Below, piece after piece: positions 44,372 to 55,030 of a stretch of DNA of 64,000 bases. The stretch's first letter is position 1. Each line of letters begins with the position of its first letter. Source of the DNA: a bacterium (lineage in GTDB: Bacteria; SM23-31); NCBI GenBank assembly GCA_965249485.1, contig OZ252239.1, positions 704,001 through 768,000 on the forward strand. Reading direction: 5' to 3'. The position numbers and the translations under genes were made by a program. The notes beneath the pieces were generated by a model, which saw only the letters and a list, made by a program, of their open reading frames with translations, made no database searches and was not told the DNA's origin.

Positions 44372-45482
44372 GATTCTTTACATAGATGAAATCAGCTCTA
44401 TTGGGGGAGGGGAAAATTGGTTTCTCACGTTTTGCGACGGCCTTGATGATGAAGAATTCGAGCCAGTTTTGTTGGCTCCATCTGGTGTATTTACTCAAGC
44501 CGTACGTGCAAAAGGAATACAAGTAATTGAACATACGTTTCGCTGTTCAGATGCGAGTATCCATAAGCTACTCCGTTACCCCTTGCTCATTGTGATGCGG
44601 TTACTCGATGTAATCAAAATCTCCCGGATAATCAAACAGGAAAATATATCGATGATTCATTCTCTAAATACAAATGGTCATATACTCAGTTCATTTTTGA
44701 AATCATTGTTTTCTACAAAAGTGCTTTGGCATATTCACTTATCATTAAAACGATCGCTGTATAAGTATTTCAATGCTACATGTATTGTTTTTGTAGCGGA
44801 TGCAATGCAGCAATCAGTCGAATCTATTCTATCGAAAAAGAATGTCGTGTCCTGTGTTATTTATAATGGAATAAAAAACGATATATTGAACTGTGAAAAG
44901 GAAGATGCATCAAGCGGAGTGTTCACTGTCGGATACGTTGGGAGATTAATACCATTTAAAGGATTAGATGAATTTCTTGATGCAGTATCTCTTGTTACCC
45001 GGAAAACAGCATCTGTCCGGTTTTCACTATACGGCGAAGAAACATATCAGAAACTTTTAAAAGGCAACTACAAAATATCTTTGGAAAAGCGTGTGCACGA
45101 GCTTCACATTCAAAAGTATGTTACTTTTCATGGATTTATCGAAGACCAAAGGAAAATATATTCCCAAATTGATTGCCTTGTGCTACCGTCTTATAGAGAA
45201 GCTTTTCCATTTGTCATTCTTGAAGCAATGGCATCGGGAGTGCCAGTAATCGCGACTAATGTCGGCGGAATTCCCGAACTCATTGAAGACGGTGAAACCG
45301 GTTTTTTGATTCCCCCGAAAGATCCGAAGGCTATAGCCGACGCGGTAACCTATGTTATTGAAAATCCAGAAAAAGCCAAAACTGTGGTTGAAAATGCAAG
45401 AAAACTGGTCCGGGAAAAATTCGATTACCGGGAAAACGCACGACAATTCGTTCAGTTATATAGAGAGCTATTAGATGAGTAG
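44358..45482 (+). CDS. Glycosyltransferase family 4
   Basis: GGGE, VGRL...KG and PSYREAFPFVILEAMASG. Confidence 0.93.
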   Translation: MVPIKILYIDEISSIGGGENWFLTFCDGLDDEEFEPVLLAPSGVFTQAVRAKGIQVIEHTFRCSDASIHKLLRYPLLIVMRLLDVIKISRIIKQENISMIHSLNTNGHILSSFLKSLFSTKVLWHIHLSLKRSLYKYFNATCIVFVADAMQQSVESILSKKNVVSCVIYNGIKNDILNCEKEDASSGVFTVGYVGRLIPFKGLDEFLDAVSLVTRKTASVRFSLYGEETYQKLLKGNYKISLEKRVHELHIQKYVTFHGFIEDQRKIYSQIDCLVLPSYREAFPFVILEAMASGVPVIATNVGGIPELIEDGETGFLIPPKDPKAIADAVTYVIENPEKAKTVVENARKLVREKFDYRENARQFVQLYRELLDE

Positions 45483-46431
45483 TGTAGCATTATCAATCAT
45501 TACCGTAACGTATAATTGTCCGGAATTTATAACGACATGTCTTTCTTCTTTGTATTCTGCGCTGAAGGTAGATTCGTATGAAATTATTGTCGTAGATAAT
45601 GCTTCACATGATAATACTGTTGAGACCATAAAGAGAGAGTTTCCCGATGTAATACTTGTCGAAAGCACAGAGAACATAGGCTATGGTAGAGCTATCAATC
45701 AAGGATTGGAGCGGGCGCAGGGAGACTATGTTGCAGTTTTGAATCCAGATACCGAGGCGGGACACGATGTGTTTTCCGATTTGCTGGGTGTTGTACAGCA
45801 GATACCAGAAGCGGGCTGCATCGGCTGCACACTCATTTCAAGTGACAGGACTCCTCAGAGGAGTTATTTTAATTTCCCTTCTCTCGTCGGCCGGATTGCT
45901 TACTACGCTGGAGTAAACCGGCTCATCAATACGGAGAACATACTAAAATCGTCGTTTGAAATTAATGGAGTAAACTGTATAGAAGTTAATGTGGTGTCGG
46001 GAGCATTCTTCATAATACAACGGGATATATTTAAAAAAATCGGTGGATTCGATTCGAATTATTTCCTGTACCATGAAGAAGCAGACCTCTGCTTCCGGCT
46101 TCACAAAGCAGGATATAAAAACATTGTTGTACCTGGTTTATCGCTTATTCATCATGGCATACATAACGAGACGACAGAAAATCAGGTTGTATTATTTCAC
46201 CGCAACAGAAGTCTCCTCATCTACTTTTACAACCATTTTTCTATTTTTTCGGTCTGGGCACTTTTCAAAATGAATGTGCTCTATTATACGGCACGATACA
46301 TCCTGACATTCAATCCGTTTAGTAGCCGGGAAAAAAGGGCGCAGACACGTAGCGTTATAAATACGGTTCTGCAGTACCATAGAAAATTTCTGACATTTCT
46401 TCTCAAACGCTCTCAAAAAGATTTTCCCTAA
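45475..46431 (+). CDS. Glycosyltransferase family 2 (WbbL-like)
   Basis: VVDNASHD, LNPDT, SGAF and GGFDSNYFLYHEEADLC. Confidence 0.92.
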   Translation: MSSVALSIITVTYNCPEFITTCLSSLYSALKVDSYEIIVVDNASHDNTVETIKREFPDVILVESTENIGYGRAINQGLERAQGDYVAVLNPDTEAGHDVFSDLLGVVQQIPEAGCIGCTLISSDRTPQRSYFNFPSLVGRIAYYAGVNRLINTENILKSSFEINGVNCIEVNVVSGAFFIIQRDIFKKIGGFDSNYFLYHEEADLCFRLHKAGYKNIVVPGLSLIHHGIHNETTENQVVLFHRNRSLLIYFYNHFSIFSVWALFKMNVLYYTARYILTFNPFSSREKRAQTRSVINTVLQYHRKFLTFLLKRSQKDFP

Positions 46432-46460
46432 AATCGTATTACTACATAGGAGTTTTCGAA

Positions 46461-48107
46461 ATGAATGGTATGAAACGAATCATCTGGATTCTTGTCGGTA
46501 CCATGCTAATTGTGTCATGCGCCGCAGAGCCGAATGGTGAACGGGTCGGTACGACATCTATTTCGCTTGATGGAATTCGTGCCCATTTGAAATTTCTTAC
46601 CGATGATCTTTTGGACGGCAGGGGGACCGGTTCCCATGGTCTGCAGCTTGCTGAAAACTACGTATCAGCTCAATTCGAGTCGCACGGAATTCAACCCGGT
46701 GGCGATAATGGGACCTATTTTCAAAAAGTCCCGATGGTCGGTTATACTGCGGCTCAGGTAACATTCGAGTTTCGTAAAGGCAGCAGAATGAAAAAGCTTA
46801 CGTATCTCGATGATTTTGTCGCAAATACTGCACGTGCTGAATCCCATGTTGTTCTCAATAATGAAATTGTCTATGTCGGTTACGGTGTCGATGCACCTGA
46901 GCAAAATTGGGACGACTACAAAGATGTTGACGTTACCGATAAAATTCTCCTTATGACAGTAAATGATCCATCTTCGGATGATTCGGAACTATTCGGCGGA
47001 AATGCTCTCACCTATTACGGACGATGGACTTACAAAAATGAGATAGCCGGAGAAAAAGGAGCCGCCGGTGTTATCCTCATTCATAAAACTGAGAAAGCAG
47101 GGTACCCCTGGCAGGTTGTAAGAAACTCATGGAGTGGAGAACAATCGATGCTGCAGCCGAAAGAAGGCGACCCTCCGAAAACAGCGCTCGAATCGTGGAT
47201 AAGCAGTGATGCTGCTGAAGAGTTATTTAGTATGGCAGGGTTCTCGCTTGATGAAATGATTGAACAGGCAGGATCGCGAGATTTTCAGCCGGTGTCTCTC
47301 GGAATTAATCTGAATGTTGACCTCAAAAGTGCTATACGTCACTTTGATTCTCGGAATGTAATCGGTGTTGTCACAGGGCAGATTCCCGATGAATATGTAC
47401 TCTATTCGTCGCACCTTGACCATCTCGGTGCCGGTGCGCCGGTCAATGGTGACGGAATTTTCAATGGTGCTCAGGATAACGGAACCGGCAGTAGCGGCCT
47501 GATAGAAATCGCAAAAGCATTTGCAGCACTGCCGAAACCTCCGGTTCGGTCAATCCTTTTTTGTGCAGTAACTGCCGAAGAGCAGGGTCTTCTCGGTTCG
47601 AAATATTACGCACAGAATCCGGTATACCCACTCAGCAAAACACTTGCGAATGTCAATATTGACGCATTTCACTTTCTTGGCAGAGTCAAAAATGTTGTCT
47701 TTCTTGGCTCAGACCGATCTTCGCTCGGTCCTCTCGGAGAGGCAGTAGCGCAGGAAAACGGCCTGATTGTCAGCCCTGACCCATCTCCTGAACAAGGACA
47801 TTTCTTCAGATCTGACCAACTCAGTTTTGTCAGGGCAGGATTACCGGCAATCTATATTAATCCCGGATTGGATATTGAAAATCGTCCCGAAGGATGGGGA
47901 ATGGAGCAGCAGCAGCTTTACCAGCAGTTACACTATCACCAGCCGTCGGACGAATATCATGATAAACTAAATCTCGATGGTGTTGTACAAATATCGCGGT
48001 TGGCGTTTCAAATCGGTTACCGGATTGCTGCTTTGCAGGAGTGGCCGGTCTGGAATGAAGGTGACCAATTTAAAAGTATCCGTGAAGAGTCGCTTCAGCG
48101 GCAATAA
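46461..48107 (+). CDS. M28 family metallopeptidase lipoprotein with PA domain
   Basis: Lipobox IVSC; SHLDHLG, GAQDNGTG, TAEEQGLLGS, RSD and YHQPSD. Confidence 0.93.
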   Translation: MNGMKRIIWILVGTMLIVSCAAEPNGERVGTTSISLDGIRAHLKFLTDDLLDGRGTGSHGLQLAENYVSAQFESHGIQPGGDNGTYFQKVPMVGYTAAQVTFEFRKGSRMKKLTYLDDFVANTARAESHVVLNNEIVYVGYGVDAPEQNWDDYKDVDVTDKILLMTVNDPSSDDSELFGGNALTYYGRWTYKNEIAGEKGAAGVILIHKTEKAGYPWQVVRNSWSGEQSMLQPKEGDPPKTALESWISSDAAEELFSMAGFSLDEMIEQAGSRDFQPVSLGINLNVDLKSAIRHFDSRNVIGVVTGQIPDEYVLYSSHLDHLGAGAPVNGDGIFNGAQDNGTGSSGLIEIAKAFAALPKPPVRSILFCAVTAEEQGLLGSKYYAQNPVYPLSKTLANVNIDAFHFLGRVKNVVFLGSDRSSLGPLGEAVAQENGLIVSPDPSPEQGHFFRSDQLSFVRAGLPAIYINPGLDIENRPEGWGMEQQQLYQQLHYHQPSDEYHDKLNLDGVVQISRLAFQIGYRIAALQEWPVWNEGDQFKSIREESLQRQ

Positions 48108-48219
48108 GAGTTTTGAGTCATGCCATTCTGAATAAAATAAGATGAGTATTGTTACATAGCTGGGAGGCAGGATGATGCCGTGAGGTGACAAGAAAAGAAA
48201 AGTTTGTGTTAAATCCTGT

Positions 48220-48320
48220 CAAAATACCAAAATCGGGACTCATGAGGTCCCGATTTTAGTTTCTGGTGCAATCTTTCTCCACAAACATTGGCCTGCGAAA
48301 GCACAATGCCTGTAATATAG
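48220..48320 (-). ncRNA. Candidate small RNA (5' hairpin, open region, terminator)
   Basis: Lies downstream of a sigma54-like site at 48346-48331; both hairpins contain G-U pairs only on the minus strand. Confidence 0.4.
48221..48260 (-). terminator. Strong hairpin, probably a terminator and possibly bidirectional
   Basis: ACTAAAATCGGGAC-N7-GTCCCGATTTTGGT-ATTTT on the minus strand. Confidence 0.7.
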
Positions 48321-48657
48321 GTGCGATATAGGCAATATTATTGCCTGCCATATATAGAAGCAAATTAAGTGCCACAATTTCAAAGTGTGATCTGGAGCAC
48401 AATTTCTAAAAAAATTAGCTTGATTCAAAGAAAATTAATACAAAAATGACAATTTCTGCATAGGCAAAATCTTGCACGGTTGGATTTAAAAAAAAGTGAG
48501 CTTTTGGGAAAATAACAGTGGGAATAGTTCAATTCTTTCAAGGCACTATTCCTAGTCGCACAAAACAGAACGCAACTGTTGTACTGAGATTCTTCACTGA
48601 TCTCCTTCAGCACTAAAAAATGAAGCAGTACAATGAAAATAAGAACATTAAGTTGGA

Positions 48658-50190
48658 CTAATTCTTAAACATGTTTTCTACCGGAATAATGATAATGTGT
48701 TCCGGATTAATGGACAGCGGATATGACATAATCTCTTTGTCCTCAGACAAAAGATCGTCATCAATATCAACGGAATAGGTAATGGGAGAAGATGAGTCCG
48801 AAAGTAGATTGTCCCTCAGTGTTGCAGCATCAGGTGTAACAATTGCCACTGCAATGTTACTGTATTGAAGATTACGTCTAATGGCTCTGTTGACATTATC
48901 GAGCGAGAGTGCCCGGAGTTCATTTTCGATACGGTCGATATGATATTTGGAACCGTAAAATTTCGAGTCCATCAGATATCCTAATCGCCGGCTGATGGTC
49001 TGAACATAGAGTTTCGAATAATTCAAAAGAAAATCCCGCGTTTCTTCAAATTGTTCCTGAGTCATGCCGTCATCGATAAGGATTTGTAGCTCTCTGAGAG
49101 CCTGCCGGAGTGCAAAATGAGCGTTATTGTGGGCGACAGGACGGATCCATATGCTGAAATACTGCCTGCTTCTCGGAACATTCGGAACAGGAAATGTCGA
49201 GCCGCCGTCTTGTACAAAATGTTCGATATACGAGTAATCGCCATAATTCAGCCCCCGAAGCTGACGCATCACATTCATAAGCCGGCCGTTAAAAGTGCGG
49301 TGCTCACCGAGGTACGAGTTAGCAACCATGAGCGCATAAAAGTCTTTATCTGCTCGAGTAATGTTTACCGGGAATCCAAGAGATATCGCTGTAGCTATTA
49401 CCTGCTTCTCGACAAGGAGAACCTCAATGTCCTCTAATGCTCTCGGTTCTTGCAGCACTGCTGTTGTAGGAGAACCAAGAGGCAGTGTTCCGATTAATTC
49501 GCTCCCAATTTTCCCAATGAGATTTTCGGGAAATCCACCTGCTATTCCAACGGTAATCGAGCTTTGCGTATACCATGTGGAATAATAATCCCGTACGTCC
49601 TCAAGCGTCACCGCCGTAAGCCCCTCTTCAGTTCCCATTTCGGTATATTCATACGGATGTCCTTCATACAGCAGGGAATTCAATGCCTGTTTACCGAGCT
49701 CCTCATCATTGTTTCCACGGAGATTCGTAACAATCTGATTAATCAGTAAGTCCTTATTTCGCTGAAAGTCATCAGGATCCAACCGCGGATTCGTAATAAT
49801 TTCCGTCAACAATACAAAAAATGGTTCAAGATGGTCTCTGTGGACTTCACCGATAAACGTAGTCACTTCTTTATCATACTGTAGTGTGAGGGAAGCAGCC
49901 AAGGGATAGAGTATTTCCACAACTCCACGGTACGTTAAATCGCTGGTGCCGCCCTGACCGACTGTTAATGCTGTCAGCGCATTGAGCCCCTCTTTCCCTG
50001 TCGGATCGTTAGCCGAACCAGTATTGAAAAGAATCCGAAATGTAACAAGAGGTGACTCAGGAGTATTAATTGAAATGATTTTATCATTGTTGCTATCATT
50101 TAAACTGCACGATTGTATAGACATAATTATCAGGATACTTAATATGATACTTTTATTAATAGAACTAGTAATAATCTCTCTCAGAAACAT
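48658..50190 (-). CDS. M16 family peptidase, non-catalytic subunit
   Basis: GSANDPTGKEGL, no HxxEH, R-x-x-RGLNYG (R/Y pair); probable lipoprotein. Confidence 0.88.
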   Translation of the reverse strand: MFLREIITSSINKSIILSILIIMSIQSCSLNDSNNDKIISINTPESPLVTFRILFNTGSANDPTGKEGLNALTALTVGQGGTSDLTYRGVVEILYPLAASLTLQYDKEVTTFIGEVHRDHLEPFFVLLTEIITNPRLDPDDFQRNKDLLINQIVTNLRGNNDEELGKQALNSLLYEGHPYEYTEMGTEEGLTAVTLEDVRDYYSTWYTQSSITVGIAGGFPENLIGKIGSELIGTLPLGSPTTAVLQEPRALEDIEVLLVEKQVIATAISLGFPVNITRADKDFYALMVANSYLGEHRTFNGRLMNVMRQLRGLNYGDYSYIEHFVQDGGSTFPVPNVPRSRQYFSIWIRPVAHNNAHFALRQALRELQILIDDGMTQEQFEETRDFLLNYSKLYVQTISRRLGYLMDSKFYGSKYHIDRIENELRALSLDNVNRAIRRNLQYSNIAVAIVTPDAATLRDNLLSDSSSPITYSVDIDDDLLSEDKEIMSYPLSINPEHIIIIPVENMFKN

Positions 50191-50235
50191 ACGTAATTTA
50201 TTTCTGTTTTAAAGTATTGGAAAACTTTAAAACGG

Positions 50236-50289
50236 TGTCATTTAGACCGGAGTCGCGGTATTACATTATAGTGGCGAAGTAGAGATCTT
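50236..50289 (+). repeat. Possible degenerate REP-like unit
   Basis: TGTCATTTAGACCGGAG...GCGAAGTAGAGATCT has the same TGTCATT...ATCT frame as the other copies. Confidence 0.35.
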
Positions 50290-50339
50290 TCATCTGACTA
50301 GTGTTTTTTACTTGTTTTCTAATCAGGAGTTTATCTCTT

Positions 50340-51689
50340 TTATTCATCCTGTCCGGTCATGAGTACTGTTGTCCTGTTGTCCGAAGAAAAATATCGCCGC
50401 ACTACTGTCACGATATCGTCCTGAGTGACACTGTCATAAAGTTCATAAATGTTATTAACCGTTTCGGGATCGCCGGTCAGCTGAAGATAGTGTCCGAGTG
50501 TTCTCGCAATCGCATTCGGATTGTTGAGCTGCATTGCAAATGAATACCGCATGTGTGCCTTTGTGTCTTCGAGCGTCTGAGCATCGATCTGCTCAGATTT
50601 CAGCAGGTCGATTGCCTTGAAAATTTCATCTCGTACATAATCCATTTTGTCCGGTTTCGTAACGCGGACAGCAATTTCAAATAACGGAGAATCTCGGTGG
50701 TCGACGGCACCTCCGGAAAGGATATCAACAACCTGCTCATCGACGTAGAGTTTTTGAAACAGAGGTGCATTCCGGGAAAACAGAAGTTGCGAAATGACAT
50801 CCAATGCCGGCATGTCGATGGTCTGATCCGAAAATGCGGCGACGTGATAGCCAATATACAGATACGGAACAGTTTCATTTGGCCACTCCTTGTGCACAGA
50901 TTTTTCTTCTGCTTGCACCGGCTCTTTCGGTATCTCAGGAATAAATTTACCCTGTTCCCAGTTTCCGTAGTAGGACGCAATCAATCTTTCCAGTTCATTC
51001 TGCCTGAAATCTCCGACCACAACGATGACGGAGTTTTCAGGACGGTAATACCGGTCATAAAACTGAAGACTGTATTCGTAATTCTCCGGCATATTCTTGA
51101 TATCTTCGAGCAGACCTATAGTGGTGTGTTGATATGGGTGGTTTGAATAAGCAAGCCCTTTCACCGTTTCTCGAAGAAAAAGAAACGGATTCGAGAAATT
51201 CAAATTATACTCACCAAGTATAGCACCCGCCTCGGTCTTGAAATCTTCCTCGGAATATTCAAGGTTCAAAAACCGGTCTGACTCGATGTTGATAATTTTC
51301 TCAAGAGCATCCGAGCTGGCGACAATGTGATACGCTGTCCAGTCGTCTGTCGTAAATGCATTTGAATCTGCGCCCATCTTCTTGAGGACGTCATTATACT
51401 CTTCACTCGAAAACCGGTCTGTTCCCCTGAACATCATATGCTCAAAAAAGTGGGCATACCCGGAAAACCCCTTTTCGACTTCGTTCCTCGATCCGGCACG
51501 AACCACAGTGTAATAGGCGATTATGCCAGGGCTGTCATAGGAGACTGAAACGACTTTGAGTCCGTTTTCGAGTTCAAACTCATTAACAGGAAACGGAAAT
51601 ATTTTATTTTTCGTTTGAGCGTGTGATTCCGTCATAGTGATAAGGAAAATAAGTATAAAGGTAACAATAAATCTATCTCTTGTCTTCAT
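50340..51689 (-). CDS. M16 family zinc peptidase, catalytic subunit
   Basis: Signal peptide, LENGL, HFFEHMMF (HxxEH), NAFT and HPY. Confidence 0.93.
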   Translation of the reverse strand: MKTRDRFIVTFILIFLITMTESHAQTKNKIFPFPVNEFELENGLKVVSVSYDSPGIIAYYTVVRAGSRNEVEKGFSGYAHFFEHMMFRGTDRFSSEEYNDVLKKMGADSNAFTTDDWTAYHIVASSDALEKIINIESDRFLNLEYSEEDFKTEAGAILGEYNLNFSNPFLFLRETVKGLAYSNHPYQHTTIGLLEDIKNMPENYEYSLQFYDRYYRPENSVIVVVGDFRQNELERLIASYYGNWEQGKFIPEIPKEPVQAEEKSVHKEWPNETVPYLYIGYHVAAFSDQTIDMPALDVISQLLFSRNAPLFQKLYVDEQVVDILSGGAVDHRDSPLFEIAVRVTKPDKMDYVRDEIFKAIDLLKSEQIDAQTLEDTKAHMRYSFAMQLNNPNAIARTLGHYLQLTGDPETVNNIYELYDSVTQDDIVTVVRRYFSSDNRTTVLMTGQDE

Positions 51690-51753
51690 GCGGTAGTAAA
51701 ATTTGTTATGTTCTTGCTGCCGAATCGTATGATGTCATTGCGGTATGCGAATA

Positions 51754-53187
51754 CTATTGTGCCCCTACAATACCTTCTGAAGGTTCTGCTGGATCTATTT
51801 TATGCATTGAAAACCCGGTATATCCGTACAGGATCGAAATTAAAGGATTCAGAAGATTCAAAAATGCAAACGGTGCATACACTAATGGTGAAACACCGAG
51901 CACTCCGCCCATAAAGGCGCCGCAGGTATTCCATGCAATGAGCGGTGAAGTCAGCGTAGCTGAATCTTCCAGCGCTCTTGACAGATTTTTAGGATGTAGT
52001 TTATGTTTATCGTATGCTTTCTTATACATTCTGCCCGGGACAACAATAGCGAGATATTGATCGGGTGCTATAACATTCATAAAGATGCAGGTGCCCACTG
52101 TTGTCAATATAAGTGAACCGACCGTCCGTGCTAATTTCAGGATAGCCTGGGCAATTGTCTCAAGCATGCCGCTTCCTTCCATGACACCACCGAATGAAAG
52201 CGCAGTAATAATGAGCGCAATTGTGTTCATCATCGACATTAAGCCGCCTCTTGACAACAGTGAATCGATATTTTCAACGCCAGTGGATGCTTCAAAGCCG
52301 GTAAAAGATACACGTATTACCTCAGCAACAGAATCGCCCTGAAATACAATGGCTACGAGTCCGCCAAGAACCGATCCGCCGAACATAGCCGGAAGTGCCG
52401 GAATTTTATAGACAACCATCAGGATGACAAGTAAAACCGGCAGCAGGAGCCAGGGGCTAATCGTGAAGTGCTCACGAAGTGTCGTCAGCATCAGACTGAT
52501 ATGTTGCGTCTGGCTGCTGTCACCACCGTAATTCAGACCAATAATATAATAGAGGATCAACGCAATTATGAGACTGGGCGTAACGGTATAGACCATATGA
52601 CGGATATGGGTGAACAGATCGGTACCCGATACTGCAGGAGCTAAGTTCGTTGTGTCTGACAAGGGTGACATTTTATCGCCGAAGTATGCTCCGGAAATAA
52701 CCGATCCGGCAACGAGGCCAGCAGGTATCTGGAGAGCTACTCCGATCCCGATAAGAGCAACCCCTACCGTTCCTGCAGTAGACCATGAACTCCCGGTCGA
52801 TAGAGATACAATACAACAGATTATACATGCCGTCACAAGGAAATATGATGGCGATATCAAAAGGAGACCATAATAAACCATACTTGGTACGATACCGCTC
52901 TGTATCCATGTGCCGATCAGGCAGCCGATTACTATAAGGATCAATAATGGAGACATTGCAATCATAATACCGTTCACAAGACTCTTCTGCACCACCGCCC
53001 AATTATTGCCGAGATAGATTGAGATAACGGAAGCAATTGCCGTTCCTATTAAAAGAGGTATGTGTGAGCCCCCGGTATCGATATCGAGCCCAAGCCAGAC
53101 AATTGTATAACCAAATAGGATTACAAGGCTAAAAACAGGAATAAGAGATAACATTAAGCCGGGAGTTTTCCGGTTCTGCTCCGTCAT
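51754..53187 (-). CDS. nhaC: NhaC family transporter
   Basis: TGSSWSTAGT, GAYFGDKMSPLSDT and SRALED; start moved to ATG 53187 after GGAG. Confidence 0.92.
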   Translation of the reverse strand: MTEQNRKTPGLMLSLIPVFSLVILFGYTIVWLGLDIDTGGSHIPLLIGTAIASVISIYLGNNWAVVQKSLVNGIMIAMSPLLILIVIGCLIGTWIQSGIVPSMVYYGLLLISPSYFLVTACIICCIVSLSTGSSWSTAGTVGVALIGIGVALQIPAGLVAGSVISGAYFGDKMSPLSDTTNLAPAVSGTDLFTHIRHMVYTVTPSLIIALILYYIIGLNYGGDSSQTQHISLMLTTLREHFTISPWLLLPVLLVILMVVYKIPALPAMFGGSVLGGLVAIVFQGDSVAEVIRVSFTGFEASTGVENIDSLLSRGGLMSMMNTIALIITALSFGGVMEGSGMLETIAQAILKLARTVGSLILTTVGTCIFMNVIAPDQYLAIVVPGRMYKKAYDKHKLHPKNLSRALEDSATLTSPLIAWNTCGAFMGGVLGVSPLVYAPFAFLNLLNPLISILYGYTGFSMHKIDPAEPSEGIVGAQ

Positions 53188-53543
53188 AGCAACTCCAATG
53201 TTTTTGATTTTTGATAAATTGTTAAAGATATTCTTTCTTTTATCGAATGTCAACCGAAATAAGAAAGTCAAAACCAGCCTTATTTCCTCTCAATCAGGCG
53301 CCACATTTCTTGATTTTGCTTGACCGCAATAATGAATATTACTATATTTTTTTTACACCCCAGGTTATCTGTATCTTGATCGCGCTAATCAATTATGTTA
53401 ATTCAGCACCTTCAAAGGCACCGATCTATATTAATAACTATGATTATATATCAGAAAACTCCCATATAAAAGATTTGTAACCTTGGTGTGAATAACCGGA
53501 AGAGTGACTGTCACTACGTTTAACAACCCCAAAAGGTGTACAC

Positions 53544-54851
53544 ATGAAAAATATCGGTATAATAATTTGTGTTTCAATTTTGTGTTTGATGATTTTAATC
53601 GGCTGCACAGGCAATGGAAGTATTGAATCCATGAATGAAGGAGAATTGATAGAGTATGCTCGCGGAATCCATGAGCGGACGTTGACGATCGACACCCACG
53701 ACGATATTCCGTTCAATTTCGCATCGGACGAAGTCGATCCGGGTGATCCGGAAAGCAGCCGGCAGGTTACGCTCCCGAAAATGGAAGAAGGTGGGCTTGA
53801 TGTCGGATTTTTTGTTGTGTATGTCGGACAGGCAGAGCGGACACCGGCAGGAAACCGGAATGCTTATGAACAGGCTGTGACAAAATTCGATGCTATACAC
53901 TATATGACCGATGAGATGTATCCGGATAGAATTGAACTCGCTTACACAGCGGACGACATTGTCCGAATTCACGAAAGTGGAAAACTGGTTGCGGTTATCT
54001 GCATGGAAAACGGCTACTCAGTCGGGAATGACTTGTCAAAACTGCAAGAGTTCCACGAGCGGGGTGCCCGTTATATCACACTGGCTCACGGTGGTCATAA
54101 TGATATTTCCGACTCAGCCACACCGAGACCCGGTGAACCGGAAGAAGAACATGGCGGAATCAGCGATTTTGGTGAAGACGTAATTGCAGAGATGAATCGC
54201 CTCGGTATTATGGTCGATATTTCCCACATTTCACACAATGCTGCAATTGAGGCAATGAATCTGTCGAAAGCTCCGGTGATCGCATCCCATTCGAGCTGTA
54301 AAGCACTCAATAACCATCCGCGTAATCTCAGTGACGATGCGCTCCTCGCACTCAAAGAAAACGGCGGTGTTATGCAGACTGTGGCGCTCGATGCCTTTGT
54401 AAAGGAAGTTGTTCTCACCTCGGAGCGTTCTGCAGCGCTGGCTCGGCTCCGGGAAGAATTTGATATTTCCGCACCACGTGGTTCGGTATACCGGAACAGA
54501 GTTGCATCCTTCACACCGGAGGAACGTGCCGCATTCGAGATGAAAATGGCAGAGATTGATGCCCTGAATCCTCCGCCCCCTTCGACTAATGTACAGGACT
54601 TTGTCGATCATATCGACCATGCGGTTGGTCTCATCGGTGTCGATCATGTGGCAATCTCAAGTGATTTTGACGGAGGAGGCGGAATTGAGGGATGGATGAA
54701 TGCCGCCGAGACATCTAATGTCACACTCGAGCTGGTCAAACGGGGATACACTGAAGAAGAAATCGGCAAACTCTGGAGTGGTAATACACTCCGTGTTCTT
54801 CGCGAAACAGAACGTGTCGCAGCCGAACTGCAAAATGCTGCAATGGAATAA
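53544..54851 (+). CDS. M19 membrane dipeptidase lipoprotein
   Basis: Lipobox LIGC; DTHDD, MENG, DISH, SHSS, HPRN and SSDFDG. Confidence 0.93.
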   Translation: MKNIGIIICVSILCLMILIGCTGNGSIESMNEGELIEYARGIHERTLTIDTHDDIPFNFASDEVDPGDPESSRQVTLPKMEEGGLDVGFFVVYVGQAERTPAGNRNAYEQAVTKFDAIHYMTDEMYPDRIELAYTADDIVRIHESGKLVAVICMENGYSVGNDLSKLQEFHERGARYITLAHGGHNDISDSATPRPGEPEEEHGGISDFGEDVIAEMNRLGIMVDISHISHNAAIEAMNLSKAPVIASHSSCKALNNHPRNLSDDALLALKENGGVMQTVALDAFVKEVVLTSERSAALARLREEFDISAPRGSVYRNRVASFTPEERAAFEMKMAEIDALNPPPPSTNVQDFVDHIDHAVGLIGVDHVAISSDFDGGGGIEGWMNAAETSNVTLELVKRGYTEEEIGKLWSGNTLRVLRETERVAAELQNAAME

Positions 54852-54995
54852 ATAACTGTCGTTTTGAAAGAATTGAATTGTATTGATTGTGTCATGTCGC
54901 GAAAAGTAGGACATCGCCCCGTTTGATGCGATTTCCAAAACTCCTTGATTCATAATAAAATGAGTCTTTGTTTTAAAGAATCAGATGGACTATTC

Positions 54996-55030
54996 TGTTA
55001 TAGTGAGGAGCGAAGCGACGTGGCAATTTC
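54996..55030 (+). repeat. REP-like unit
   Basis: TGTTATAGTGAGGAGCGAAGCGACGTGGCAATTTC shares AGCGACGTGGCAAT with the copy at 63279. Confidence 0.6.

Noticed and set aside
54889..54945. GTGTCATGTCGCGAAAAGTAG, reminiscent of an IS end
   Set aside because: No matching opposite end or transposase remnant found
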